Shown here: one piece after another, positions 1 to 13,542 of the stretch
Position numbering within the stretch: the first letter of the stretch is position 1
Layout of the letters: every line of letters starts with the position of its first letter
NCBI RefSeq assembly: GCF_009914755.1
Contig: NC_060932.1
Strand: one strand, 5' to 3'
Length of the DNA stretch: 64,000 nucleotides
Source: the human T2T-CHM13v2.0 reference genome, Homo sapiens
Notes under the pieces: model-generated
Seen by the model: only the letters and a program-made list of their open reading frames with translations
The model's database searches: none
What the model was told of the DNA's origin: nothing
Translations under genes and position numbers: made by a program

Positions 1-145
1 GTAGATCCAGAGAAACTAATATCTTTGAGCATGACACTGTCTTTGCCTCTATGGTGATATTGCCATGGCCATAGTTTATATAATTTACTTAAGGTTTGTT
101 ATTCTTATATTTTTAATCCTGATGAGGATTAATGATTATGGCAGC

Positions 146-385
146 CAACATTGATTGAATTCCCTTAGGACACTGTACTAAGTCCATATGCATTACCTTA
201 TATGTCCTTTACAACAAACCTAGAGGGTACATATTAATACTATCTGGATTTCATGGATTAAAAAGAAAAAAATTGAGGCTCAGAGAGTTTTAAAAACATG
301 TCCAAGTTTACACAGTTAATATGTGACAGATCCAAAATTCAAATCTGGTCACTGGCCACAGAGTCCAAGCTTTCAACCCCTTTAC
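146..385 (-). mobile_element. MIR SINE remnant
   Basis: aaattgaggctcagagag...tccaagtttacacagttaat is the reverse complement of the MIR core; boundaries approximate. Confidence 0.65.
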
Positions 386-607
386 TGCCTGGCTAGGTTC
401 TAGAAGCTGAGAGCTGAGAGCTGGCAGAATTGCCATGTACTTGGAATCCATTTCAGAACTAGAAGAAACCCAAGACACAGAATGGAAAACAGCAGCTTTA
501 CAGAGGAAAGAAAGGTATGTTCACTTCTTGAAGCCTATAACAGAAAAGAGAAATAGGGCATGAGAAGGAAAGCTAGTCATAAAAATGTAACCCGAAACTT
601 CTCAGGA

Positions 608-967
608 GTTATTAGTCCATTTCCCTACTGCTACAAAGAACTACCCGAGCCTGGGCAATTTATGAAGAAAAATAATGTTTAATTGACTCACAGTTTTGCA
701 TGGCTGGGGAAGCCTCAAGAAACTTACAATCATGGCAGAAGGTGAAGGGAAAGCAAGGCACGTCTTACATGGTGGCAGGAGAGAGAGAGAATGAGAGAGG
801 AGTGAACTGCCAAACACTTTTAAGCCATCAGATCTTGTGAGAACTCACTCACTATCATGAGAACAGTATGGGGAAAACCAACCCCATGATCTAATCACTC
901 CCACCAGGTGCCTTCTTTGACATGTGGGGATTACAATTGGGTGGGGACACAGAGCCAAATCATATCA
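608..967 (-). mobile_element. ERVL-MaLR solo LTR (THE1/MST family)
   Basis: tattagtcc...tttaattgactcacag...cttacaatcatggcagaagg...cagatcttgtgagaactcactcactatcatgagaac...gggtggggacacagagccaaatcatatca matches the THE1/MST LTR in reverse. Confidence 0.9.
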
Positions 968-1224
968 GTAGGTAAGCCCCTCATTGTTCCTTAGTGGCTC
1001 CTATAGGGATACCACTAATTCCCTTTTTTTTTAAGGATGTGAAACACAAATTACAATACCTAAATATGATAATTCAACAAAGACACAAGTCCCTGCATCA
1101 TCAAGTACTCATTGAGAATGTGTCCTATTCTCAGTCTATTACATCCAAGCCTGGCATGTCCACTGATGTGCAAGTTTCCGCATGGGAAGCTCCCTGAGGG
1201 CAAGGGCAGAACTCTTGAGTTCAG

Positions 1225-1322
1225 CATGCAAGGCTTTCACAAGCTGTTTTTAGTCTATGTGTCCACTTCATTTCATGCAAGGCTTTCACAAGCTGTTTTT
1301 AGTCTATGTGTCCACTTCATTT
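1225..1322. repeat. Perfect 49-bp tandem duplication
   Basis: catgcaaggctttcacaagctgtttttagtctatgtgtccacttcattt at 1225-1273 and 1274-1322. Confidence 0.97.
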
Positions 1323-2029
1323 CTTGTCATTTCTCCCTTTTGTCCTGAATATCATGTTCTCTCTTCTCCCTAGAAAGCATTTTTCCCATTTCTACTTGGC
1401 AAAGTTCCCATCTCACTTTGAAAACCCAGCATAGATGTTGTTTTTGAGCAGTGGCAATGCCATGAGTACTTAGGCTCCAACAAGTAGAATCAGCTTCCCT
1501 CTCAAACACAGTATCAGTTCAAGATCATGGACCCTCCGCTATCTCCAGCCAGCCTGCAAGCCCTCAGCCCCTCACATGTATGAATACTAGAATAATCACT
1601 GTTTCCAGGCACCCTTGCTCTGTCCTCTAGGATGACTGTCTCTTTCTCTCTGTTCCCACAGTTTTTAAGTATACCTCCATTACACCACTCATCATAACAT
1701 ATTTTAATTGTTTTTGGCATATTGATTTTTCCATCTGAGAGCAGAAATTAATACTATACAGATTAAGTAGAGTGCTTAGAACACAATAGCATTCAATAAA
1801 TGCAGTTGACTTGCTGGTTCAAGACATTCTATCTATTCTAGCCTGACATACAGCACTTAGAAATTTTCACATAATTATTAATACATTTGCTCAATAGAGC
1901 ATGCATAAAACACTTAAACAAGAAAAAATAACCACTATTAACCAACAACTTGTTCCAAGTGTGCCTTTTCTACATTTGTTTATGATCTTTCGGTTTACAT
2001 ATTTCCAATCTTCTCACTTTTTTTAGCAA

Positions 2030-2830
2030 ATGATAACCAGTTGTTCAAGCCAAAAATCAAGTAATCATCCTCACTTCTCCATTTCTCATATCCTCTACAG
2101 CCAATCATCAAATTCTATTGTTTCTACTTCAAAAATATATCTTAAATCTATTCATTGTTCTTCATCGCTAGTCTTAGTCCCATCCACCGTTTCTTGGGTG
2201 GATAACTGAAATAGGCTCCTAATGTATTTCCTGGTTTCTCCTCCTGCCTTTATAATTTAATCTTCATACAGCAGACAGAGCTATCTTCTTTATAGTCTAA
2301 TAAGACACATTACCCTTCTGAAAAAGTTTCAACAACTTCCTACTGCCTTTAAAATAAAATCCAACCTGGCCTCCGTGATCTGACTTTTGCTTCCTAAACC
2401 AACTTCATCTCCTACTTCTCTCTCATTCTTTGACGAAGCACCAATCACAATGACAAGATCAAGCTTGTTCCTACTCTGGGCCATTGTGCTTGCTTTTCCC
2501 TCTGCCATGGTGGCTGTTTCCTTGTGAGCTCCTTTCCATCCTTCAGAACTCAGATGAAATGTCACTTCCACTGAGAACCCTTCCCTGCTCACTCCTCTAA
2601 CATATTCTCTGCCTATCTATCACATCCTCTTGTTTATTTTCTCCATAGCACTTACCATAATCTGTAATTATCTTGTTTATTGGATTTCTTGTGAAATTCA
2701 ACAAAATGAAGTCCCCAACAAAATGAAAGAACTGTCAGGGAAGAACTTTGTCTTTTCTTACACACTGACTCTCCAGGGTCTATAAAATATTAGGCACCCT
2801 CTATGAATTTCTTGAAAGAACTGATGAATA
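2030..2830 (+). mobile_element. L2 LINE 3' remnant
   Basis: L2-like motifs (aaatgtcacttccactgagaacccttccctg, catagcacttaccata) and degenerate gaat-type tail. Confidence 0.7.
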
Positions 2831-3065
2831 CATATTTAATGTTTATTGTATAACTTTACATTTATATAGTAAGCTCTTTGCAGGCAAAGACCATGTCTTA
2901 TTTGGAAAGAATTTGATACAGCACCCTGAAAAGTACTATGTGATGACAGATACAATAAATGTTATCATAGATTTTGAAAAGTCTATCGGGATAACATTTA
3001 AAGTGATTCCAATCTCAGTTTTCATGGTAGAATATCAAGCCAAAGAAGCAGTAACACAAACTTCT

Positions 3066-3068
<3 letters not shown>

Positions 3069-3098
<30 letters not shown>
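3069..3098. repeat. (AT)n microsatellite
   Basis: 15 AT units. Confidence 0.95.
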
Positions 3099-3101
<3 letters not shown>

Positions 3102-5043
3102 TGAATAGGAATCTACATATATATGGCCTTAAATAATATTAATAAGAGGTGAGAGTCTGAGAATGCTTTGAAAAATCTGAAAAATATGAATGCTTTTTGC
3201 AAGAGCAGGTCTCTGCTGTGCTTATCTCCCTGTGTGCTCTAAGCACCCGTGGATTACCGCAGTTCTCTTTTTAAGAGGCGGTTGATGCCTAGAGGATCAC
3301 GTGATCAAGATAATTGAGTTTAGTAATTCCACAAGAAGAAAGTCCAACTGAGGTAATGTATCTGAATTTAGTAGCTAAATTAAAAGTTTGAGCCTCAGCT
3401 TTCCCAGAAGTAATTTCTTCTCTCATCAGGGAATGTATATGCTATAAATAAGATTATGTAGCTCAAAAGCTAATTGTTTGAGAACTCCTAATTAAAAGTA
3501 ATAGCTAATGAAAGGATCACATTAGTGACTTAATGTTAGTGGTCACATTCGAATCTTACATTTTATACAAACCTGGTTTATTTTTTCTTACATAGCTGGC
3601 ATTAGTGGATAAGTAAATTATTCTTGGATAGCTGCAGCAGCTAATACATGCTGGACCTGGATCAAAGGGACATTAAGGAACATAACAAAGAAAGCTCCAC
3701 TCCTAACTCAGAGATTCTTAGAATTAGGGTGTAATTCTGTCTGAACTAAAACAAATAAAGGGTCTCTGAAAGCATCCAACAAACATTAGGAGCAAATAGT
3801 AGAGTTCTTTGTTTTAAACTGAATGTGTAAGGAAATGTGGACAAATAAGGAAGCAAAAAACAAATTATATGCTACCCTCTCCCACAGTCTCTGCATTATA
3901 CTGATGTGTTCCACACAGGGTGGAATTCGGGTTTAAAAACGAGAAAGTGTTTCTTCCATCAACAAACCTGGCCTTGGATAGAGGCATACAAAACAGATTC
4001 ACACATCACTGTCTGACAAGATGTTCACTGATAATTTTAGCAATGCTGAAGAACTTATTGATACACTTTTCCCTCTTAGAAAAGCATCTTAAACTCATGG
4101 GAAAAAAGTAATAAAGTACAAAAAGCAAATAGAGAATTTGAAACTTTGCAAGACAGTGGGTGTCTGAAGTAGGACATCTTGCAAAAGGTCAGGCAATATG
4201 GTGGTGCTTATAAACAATTGCCTTATTTTCAGCAAATTTTTACTGAAATCTTTTGGACATAAAAATGGTTCTGTAAAAATAAGCTATTTGCAATATGTTA
4301 AAAACAGGTTGACCTTTAGTTAAAAATTAAAGAACAAAGTGACAAATGATATAGCTTTAGATATATAAACACATAAGGCTTTCTCACCAAAGGCATTCCT
4401 ACACCCTTTACAATGACTATTCGATGGAAAAGGAAGCCATCAGTGATCGTTCAGTCTGGATGTACTGCATTATTCATAAAAAGCAGTTTCCATTATTTGT
4501 TAAATATATTTACTAGTAAATATGCTAATGAAATAATAGACCGCTATCTAATTATTCTGAGTTTTGGGGTTTGATTATCTGGGAAAAAAATCCTATTACT
4601 ATAAGAATTTTAAATATATCTTAATATGGTTGATTTATTCACTAATCCACTCATTTGTTTAACAAATATTTATGGAAGGCAGTTATGCGGAGGGGCAGGA
4701 GATACCCACAAAGGATGATTGGAAACATTCCATTGAAAACAGCTTAAGGGTATTATATCCCTATTGTATTATATTCTCTCTGTGTAATATTTCAAATTTT
4801 ATTTTCTCACCCAAAAGGAAGTTAAGTACTATCTCTTTATATTTATTTTTGCAGAAAAAGAAGCAGCTAGATCAAACAAATGAAAAGGAAATATAATGCA
4901 ACAATAGAATTAAACCTATTAATTAGGAAAGTGAAGCTGGGGGACAAGATGGACAGAAACCCATGATGCCTTTGATAAGCAAAAAATCTGAAACACTAAC
5001 CACCACACTTAGGGCAACAAAATTATTTCCAGATCCCACTTAC

Positions 5044-5089
5044 TTGTGGTGATAAGACTTCTAATTTATCATCAGAGATCTTTAGGACT
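5044..5089 (-). other. Candidate internal exon (46 nt; VLKISDDKLEVLSPQ)
   Basis: Minus strand: cccattctctccag|AGTCC...CACAA|gtaagt; open frame; unique DNA; no homology recognised. Confidence 0.25.
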
Positions 5090-6574
5090 CTGGAGAGAAT
5101 GGGCTTAAGAGCAAAATTTCTCAATGGTGAAGACAGCTAAATGAGGCCAAGTAAATTAGAGACATAGACAAAAGTTATTCTTAGACCACTGATGTATGTG
5201 CACTGGAAAGCCAACCCTATTCCCATGTAAAAGCTACTAGTCATATCCATTATCACCTTGGCAATATTCATTTAAAAACCTGAAAGTCATAATGTTTAGG
5301 AAATTGTGAGGGATAAAACGGATTCTTCCCTTTCACATCTGAAAAATTATAAGCAAAGTATATAAATGCCTGCCTCTAACTACATCACAAAGACTTTTTT
5401 AACCTTTAAATATTTATACTGAACTGCTCTTGTCTAAGCAGGGAAGTCGTGCTGTCTAGATATTTTGAAAAATATTTAAAAATTGTATACGCTATAATAT
5501 GATTTCATTGATTCGCCTGACTGTGTAAATTACAGTGGTGCTTAAGTTTGTACTTTTATACTCAATTATGACAATATAGCACAGATAAATTTAAGAATAT
5601 TTATGTGTTAAGATGATATTATTGTCATAAAGTATAATTTTTAAAAATTAAATAAATGTCCTGGTTTGTGTCAAAATGCATGCATGATTTTAAATGAAAT
5701 ACTGAAAGCTACCAATATTTGATGTACAAAAAAAAGAACAGCTTATAAACAACCCCACTATCAAAGCTCTAAAGACAATTTAAAAAAATCTATGCTACAT
5801 ATTCCAAGAGAAGAGGACTGATAAGTAAGTATAGACCCTAAAGCTGTCATTAAATACTCTATGTTCTCAAATGCCAATCCTCAAATGGGGAGACAATTAG
5901 CTCTCCATCATGTAGGCCACTAATACTAAGAGAACACCAAATCCCAAGATCTTGCGCAGAGATATCCTTTTAAAAAAAATTAAGAAAATGCAGACCTACA
6001 TTCCAGTGAAGTGGATGATTAATAAAAACCACGCACCTAAGATAATGTAAAACTAAAAGGTAAAGCATGACTATTTGGGTCAGCTGTTTTTTGATCTGCT
6101 TCAGAATTGAAATCAGGTAACATTAACATAGTTATTTCATACTAAAGCAGACCAGTCCCTTTATTGTCAACCAAATTTAAAACCGTTACATAATGTTGAT
6201 ATATGCCATTATACAAAATATTATTTTCGCCACATTACTGATATATTTTACTAAACCAGGTTAATTTTGAAAAAATATTTAACATTTTGATTTCAAATGA
6301 ACTGCCACAGACCATATAATGCCACCAATAAGAGTGTAGTGTATTTACCCTACATGTACAGAAGTGAAGAGCAATAGCAAACATAGCTAAATATCTAGAA
6401 TTTAATGTCACATTTTTTCTTGTGAACATAATGAATTCAATTCTCCTTACTATGCTTGAAGAAGATTCTACAGGAACACATAAACACAACCTACTCTAAT
6501 GTATGGGCCTTTGGTACTACCATGCTTAGTGTCTCTCTACGTTATGATTTCAGAGCACATGTCTTGATACTGTC

Positions 6575-6980
6575 TATATTCATGCTTTCATTCAAGAAAT
6601 GTTTGTTACTTCCCTCTTTCAGGCCAGGTACTGCTCTAGAGGCTAAGAAATATAGGAGTACAATCCACAGGTTTCCTTTCCTTGTAGAGCTTACATGGCT
6701 TGAGGGAATGGGGAATATTACACATGGAAAAAATGTTTTAAAGATAATCATAGATTGTGATAAACTCTATGAAAGAAAGGAAGAAAGAACTAATATGATA
6801 GTTCAGTTAAATAGTGTAATCAACAAAGGCCTCTTTAAAAAGACAAAAAATGAGAAGGAGGCAGTTTGTAGAGGGTCACAAGAAGACTCTCCTAAGTAGA
6901 AAGAACAAGTACAAAGCCTTTAAGGCAAAGAGCAACTTGATTTTTTTTAAGAACCAAAAAACACAAAGGCCAGAATAGTT
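6575..6980 (-). mobile_element. L2 3' end (first part, interrupted)
   Basis: ttcattcaagaaatgtttg...caggccaggtactgctctag... typical reverse L2 tail. Confidence 0.65.
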
Positions 6981-7649
6981 AAAGAAAAAGTCTGCTCCTG
7001 ATTTGTGCTTTCAGCAAAGCTACCTGCTTTCCCATGGTAAACAACTAAAAACTGGTCAAAATCTAGGAAGAAAATTGTTTTCAGACTTGAAAACAGGCAG
7101 TGCAAAACTGTGATCCCTAAGTGAAGGGAAATAAGTGAGATGATTCCATTGCCTCTACTCTCTTCTGGAAGTTACAGACCATGTTTGGAGGAAGGAGAAA
7201 TAGGAACTGAGCACAAGGGGGTTGAGATAGCTTCACTTGGCATGAAAGAGTACTAGAGAGGAGAGAGAAATATATTTTAAAAGCTCCAGATCTGAATAAG
7301 AGTCTCTTGCCTCTTTGAATACAAAACTGCATATGTGTAAGGTAAAACTTAAAAATTTCAAACAAAGAGTAACACTCCAAGGGCTGAACAACTTCCAGAG
7401 CTCACATAGAGCAGGAAGACATTTGTTTTCCCATAAGCCAAGCAGAGACAGTTTGTTCAATATCTAGGGCATTCTGCAGAACTATTCAGTAGGGAAGGAT
7501 TCTACATTAGAAATAAGGCTAAATTAGTTCTAGAGTAAAGACTCTTTAGATCCACAAAAGGATGAAGTTGCTCTGCAAGTAAGTGAACTGCCTGCCAATA
7601 CAAGATAATTGTTAAAGAAAAATAACAAACTCCAGACACTCTTGCCCAA

Positions 7650-8851
7650 AAACAAGCAATGAAGAAAGGACACCCTATTCAATAAATGGTGCTGAGACAA
7701 CTGGCTACTCATACGCAAAAAGAAAAAAAAAAAAAAACACTTAAATGTGAGACCTGAAACTATGAAAATCCTTGAAGAAAACAGGAAAGCCTCTTCTGGA
7801 TATTGGCCTAGGCAAAGAATTTATGCAAAAGACCTCAATAGCACAAGCACAAAACCAAAAAACAGGCAAATGGGATTTCATTAAACTAACTAAAGAGTTT
7901 CTGCACAGCAAAAGAAGTAATCAACAGGTTAAACAGGCAACCTACAGATGGGAGAAATTACATGCAAACTATGTATCCCACAGAAGACAAATATCCAGAA
8001 TCTGCAAGGATATCAAACAAATCTACAAAAAAAAATTCCATTAAAAAGAGGGCAAAGGACATGAACTGACATTTCTCAAAAGAAGCCAACAAACATGAAA
8101 AATTGCTCAACATCACTAATCATCAGAGAAATGCAGATTAAAGCCACAATGAGAAACCGCAGAATGGCTACTATTAAAAAACCAAAAATTGTAGATGTTG
8201 GCAAGGATGCAGTGAAAGGAAAACACTTACACACTCTTGGTGGGAATGTAAATTTGTTGAATCCCTATGGAAAACAGTATGGAGATTTTGCAAAGAACAA
8301 AACATAGAACTACCATTTGACTCAGCAATCCCACTACTGGATATCTACCCAAAGGTAAATAAATTGTATCAAGAAGACAAATATACTGGTATGTTTATGC
8401 AGCACAATTTACAATAGCAAAGTTATGGTATCAAGCTAAGTATCCATCAACAGATGATTAGATAAGGAAAATATAGTATATGTAAATCATAGAATACATG
8501 CAGCCTTAAACAAGAATGAAACCATATCCTTTACAGTAACATGCGTGAAGCTGGAGGCCATTATTCTAAGTGAAATAATTAAGAAACAGAAAGTCAAATA
8601 CCAGATGTTCTCACATATAACTGGGAGCTAAGTAATGGGTACACATGGACATAAAGATGGAAATAATAGACACTGGGAACTTCAAAAGGAGAGGAGGCTG
8701 AAAGGGGAGTGAGGGTTGAAAAATTACCTATTGGATACAATGTTCACTATTTGGATGACAGGTTCACTAGAAGCTCAAACCTCACCATTATACAATACAT
8801 CCATGTAACAAATCTGCACATGTAGCCCCAGATCTAAAATTTTAAAAAAGA
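7650..8851 (+). mobile_element. 5'-truncated L1PB-type 3' end
   Basis: ORF2 C-terminal remnants (LLDIGLGKEFM, STSLIIREMQIK) and 3'UTR gagggttgaaaaattacctattgg...catgtaacaaatctgcacatgta. Confidence 0.85.
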
Positions 8852-9480
8852 AGTAATATCAGTCAATAGAACCATGTCCATAAATGACAGAAGTGATGAA
8901 CTGAGCAATGATGATCTTCAAAACAGCTATTATAAATATGCTTAAAATCTTCAAGAACTGTGTGAGTATAATGAAGAGAGGAATAAAAACTATTAAGAAA
9001 AAACAAATGAAACTTGTACAGCTGAAAAACACAATATATGAAGTAAAAATTCAGTAGATTGGTAGATTAGACATTTCAGAAGAAAAAGATCAGTGAATTT
9101 GAAAGCATAACCTTAGGAATTTTCTAATCTGAAGCACACAGAAATAAAAGGCTAAGAAATAAGAAAAAAAAAGAGCCTCAGTGACCTGTATGGCAATATT
9201 AATGTGTTAGCGTGTCTAAAATGCATTCAGTTGGGGACACAGAAAGAAGGGACCAGAAATAATATCCCAAGAAATTTGCTAAAATTTTTGCAAATTTGAT
9301 GAAAAATTAAATCTGCAAATGCAATGAGCTCACCAAATCCCAAACAAATACAGAGTAAACCAGGAGCAGCAGCGTCATAAATTATGAAAATCTACTGATA
9401 AAGTCAAAATCTTAAAACCAAGCAGAAAAAGAGCAAACATTACATAGAGGAAAACAAAGATAAGAATACCTGCCATCTTC

Positions 9481-9909
9481 CTGTTTTAAACTTTAAGTTC
9501 AGAGGTACAAGTTCATGTTTGTTACATAGGTAAACTTGTGTCATGAGGGTTTGTTGAACAGATTATTTCATCACCCAGGAATTAAGCCTAGTATTCATTA
9601 GTTATTTTTTCTGATCCTCTCCCTCTTACCAACTTTCACCCACTGATAGGCCCCACTGTGTGTTTTTCCCTCTATGTGTCCACGTGTTCTCATCATTTAA
9701 CTCCCACTTACAAGTGAAAACATGTGGTATTTTGTTTTCCGTTCCAGTGTTAGTTTGCTAAGGATAATGGCCTCCAGCTCCATCCATGTTCCTAATCACA
9801 ATAGCAAAGACATGGAATTAACGTAAATGCCCATCAATAATAAACTGGTTATAGAAAATGTAGTACATACACACCATGCAATACTATTCAGCCATAAAAA
9901 AGAATGAAG
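9481..9909 (-). mobile_element. Short older L1PA (about PA13-16) with 5' inversion
   Basis: 9481-9792 L1 3'UTR on minus; 9794-9908 adjacent upstream L1 segment on plus; degenerate TSD tacctgccatcttc / tacttgccaattgc. Confidence 0.8.
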
Positions 9910-10468
9910 TACTTGCCAATTGCTAACAAAAAAAATTGCAAGAAGACAATGGAGATAAATCTTAATGTACTGAAAGAAAAAAATATAAAACTATAGTTTT
10001 ATATTCAACCAAACCATCTTGCACACACACACACACAAAAGAAATAAAGGCATTTTAAGCCAAAAAAAATGCTGAGAGAATGAAACCAGCAAACCTGCAC
10101 TAAAAATAATAACAAAGAAAATTATCTGAGTTGAAGGAAAATAATGACAAATGGAAATTGGGATCTACACAAATGAGTAGAGTGCAAGGGAGGGTAATAT
10201 ATGGATATACAAAAATTTAGTATTGTGTATTTAAAAAATTAAGACACTTGACTATTTGAAGCCACAACAATGTATTTTCAGGCTTATAACATATGTAGAG
10301 ATAAAGTTTATGAAAAAATATATAAAATCAAGATGGGGCAAATGGAAGTATTTTGTTGTAAAGTTCTTGTGTTATATATGTAGTATAATAAGAGATGAAT
10401 GTAGAATATGACAAATTAAAGACACATACTATAAACCATAGAACAACCACTGAAAGAATAAAGGATTA

Positions 10469-10806
<338 letters not shown>

Positions 10807-11759
10807 TTATTCACTTAATTACAAAGCATAGAAGAAAAGAAGAAAGAACAGATGAAACACATAGAAAATAAATAGCAAGATAGCAGTCTTAAAACTAACA
10901 TATCAATAACTACATTATTCAATAGTGGAAATATCCAATTAAAAGGTAGATTGTCAGACTATAAAAAAACAAGACGCAACTATATGCTGATGAAAATAAA
11001 GCTACTTTATAGAGACAGATGGACTAAAAGCCAAAGGTTGGAAAAAAAATATGCCATGCAAACTCTAAATGTGACAAAGTAGGAATGACTTTATTAGATA
11101 AAGACTGATATCATACTTCAAAAAATGATATTACTATAGATAAAGAAGGATGTTTCATAATGATAAAAGGAACAATTCATCACAAATACATAACAAGACT
11201 GTTTGTCTATGTGGCTAATGACAAATCATTAAAATGCATAAAGCTAAAACTGAGAAAACTGAAGAGACATATAGCCACAGTTTCAGGTAAAGATTCCAAT
11301 GTTTCCCTCTCAGTAACTGAAAAAAAAAAAAAAGGTATGCAGTAAGTAAGAAAGAAGGAAGGTTTAAATTTCCACTTAGGAAAGCTAAAAGGCAAGAGCA
11401 AATTAAACCGATAGTGTGTAGAAAGAAGAAAATAATAAAATAAGACTGGGAATAAATGAAGTAAGCAACAGAAACAATACAGAAAATCCAAAAAATCAAA
11501 GTTGAATCTTTGAAAATGAATAAATAAATAAAACTGTTAAACCTCTAATTAAACTGGCCAAAAGGAGAGAAAACATAAATTACCAATATCAGGAACCAAA
11601 GTGAATCTATCATTACAAATTCTAAAAATATTAAAAGAGTAAGAGAACATTATGAATAATTTTATGCTAATTAATTCGACAATATAGATAAAATGAGAAA
11701 ATTCCTTGAAAGGTACAGATTATACAATGGGCAAAAAAATCTAGGAAGTCTGAATGGAT

Positions 11760-12110
11760 GGAGGTAGTGAATACAGGAGAGAATAGTACAAAATTTAGTC
11801 CAAGAAGAAAATAAGAATCAGATTATGTAGAGTTTCATAGAAAAAGATGAGGAGTTTGGATTTAATTCTCAGTGTAAGAAGCCACTGAGAGAGTTTAAAG
11901 AGCGGTGCAGTCTAATTTCAGAGTTTAAAGATTACTGGCTACTGCAAAAAGAACGAATTCTTGAGACACAAGATTGAAAGACAGAAGATTGAAAAGAAGG
12001 AAGTTAGGAAATTATTTCAGACAAGAGATAATGGTGGCTTAGACTAAAGCAACATCAGCAGAGAGGGAGAGAAGTGGGCAGAATCGATATATCTCCAGCT
12101 TAGCTCAGTT
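11760..12110 (-). mobile_element. L2 continuation (second part)
   Basis: gaggagtttggatttaattctcagtgtaagaagccactg...gagataatggtggcttagact L2 motifs. Confidence 0.65.
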
Positions 12111-12929
12111 ATCACAGAACTAATATATATGTATATACACACAGACATATATTTCTTTTTCAACATAATACTTGTTTTCCAGGAAAAAAACATTGAAGTA
12201 GATTTTATTTTCCCATTGATTTCTTGAGATGTTTCTTCTCTGAGAAAAATTATTTCCATGTATGTAATAAAATTACTATCAAAAGTAAAGCTATTAAAAT
12301 GTGCATTTTTATCATTGGAAAAAAGTTGGAAATACAAAAAAACACTAATAGTGACTATCTCAGGGATATGGTCTTAATGCTGATTTTGTTCATTCTCACA
12401 TTATGCTTAAAAATCATAAGCATAAAATATTAGAGTTATTTTTTAAAGACTAGAACAATGTTTTTGGCCATATATTATAAAATACTGGAGTTAATAGAGT
12501 CTAAAATACAATAGTAAACTACTAAAACATTAACAATAGTGCTTTGTTGCATCTAAAATGAGCTACAAAATCATACTAAAATAGTCCTAAGGAAATTCTC
12601 AGCTGCCTGGGGCATAATTTCCACTGAAGATGTGATTAATCATAATGCTTTATCACTTGACTATTTTTAATCAGCACGCCACAAATTGCATGCCATTTTA
12701 TAACTGTATCATCCTTGAACATCTTGGCCTCTGTATAACAAGAGGTTTTACTGAAGAAATACCTATGTTGTTTAGTTTAGAATCCTTGGATGAATTGAGA
12801 GATACCTAGAAATAAAGACTGAAATAGTCAGCTGTTACTTTCCCATTCTGTAGCACTGAATGGCCAAGGAAAGGCCACCCTTCTCCTAACACAAATAAGA
12901 AAACCACTTTAAAAGTCTTTCTTGGGAGA

Positions 12930-13125
12930 GAGTAACTGAGGAGATATAGGTCATGGGATTCAAAAGAGCAGATATGTAGGAAGAACAGGTCTAGAGATAT
13001 GATGTTAAAAATGAGGACTAAATTTAATAAAATTATATTGTATTTGGGATTTTGCTATGTATGTGTATCCTATAACATCATGCATAAGACTTAAATATGC
13101 ACCATAAAATTTATTTTTAAAAAAG
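12930..13125 (+). mobile_element. L1M 3'UTR fragment
   Basis: gcagatatgtaggaagaacaggtctagagatatgatg...aaattatattgtatttggg resembles an L1MA 3' end. Confidence 0.55.
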
Positions 13126-13390
13126 AATATCTGAAGGCAGCCTAAAGAACTGCAACATCAACAACCTTTATAGGTTGAGTTCTTATCAGACACAGAATAC
13201 TGTGGTGGATAATATGTGGGGTCATAAAAAGGTTTAAGTAAAGCTTTGGGAAACCTGGCAATGAACCTCAACATTCAGAATGGCTCCAGAAGCAAAAATG
13301 ACCTTCTAGAAAGTTTGAGAACCTGGTTTTAAATAAGATCTGATATCTCAGTTCATTGCAAACCTAATATTCTTTCTTCTCTTCTTCCAG

Positions 13391-13542
13391 CTCAAACATG
13401 CATATTCTTAGACTTAGAGTGCCTAGAATCAACCTGGAATTGAACCAGCCACTAGGAATAGGGTGCATTTCAACTTCCACAAATTACTATGAATATGCAC
13501 AAACTGAAGGTGATAAAATCTTTTATCTCTATTTTGTGCATG
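13391..13542 (+). other. Candidate exon (152 nt, one open frame)
   Basis: Branch-like cctaat plus tattctttcttctcttcttccag acceptor; donor CATG|gtaaaa; product unrecognised. Confidence 0.35.

Noticed and set aside
602-972. 5-bp TSD for the MaLR LTR
   Set aside because: Flanks match only partially, so no TSD is claimed
3596-4111. Plus-strand acceptor-like sites at about 3595 and 3918 with short ORFs
   Set aside because: No consistent frame or convincing donors; indistinguishable from chance
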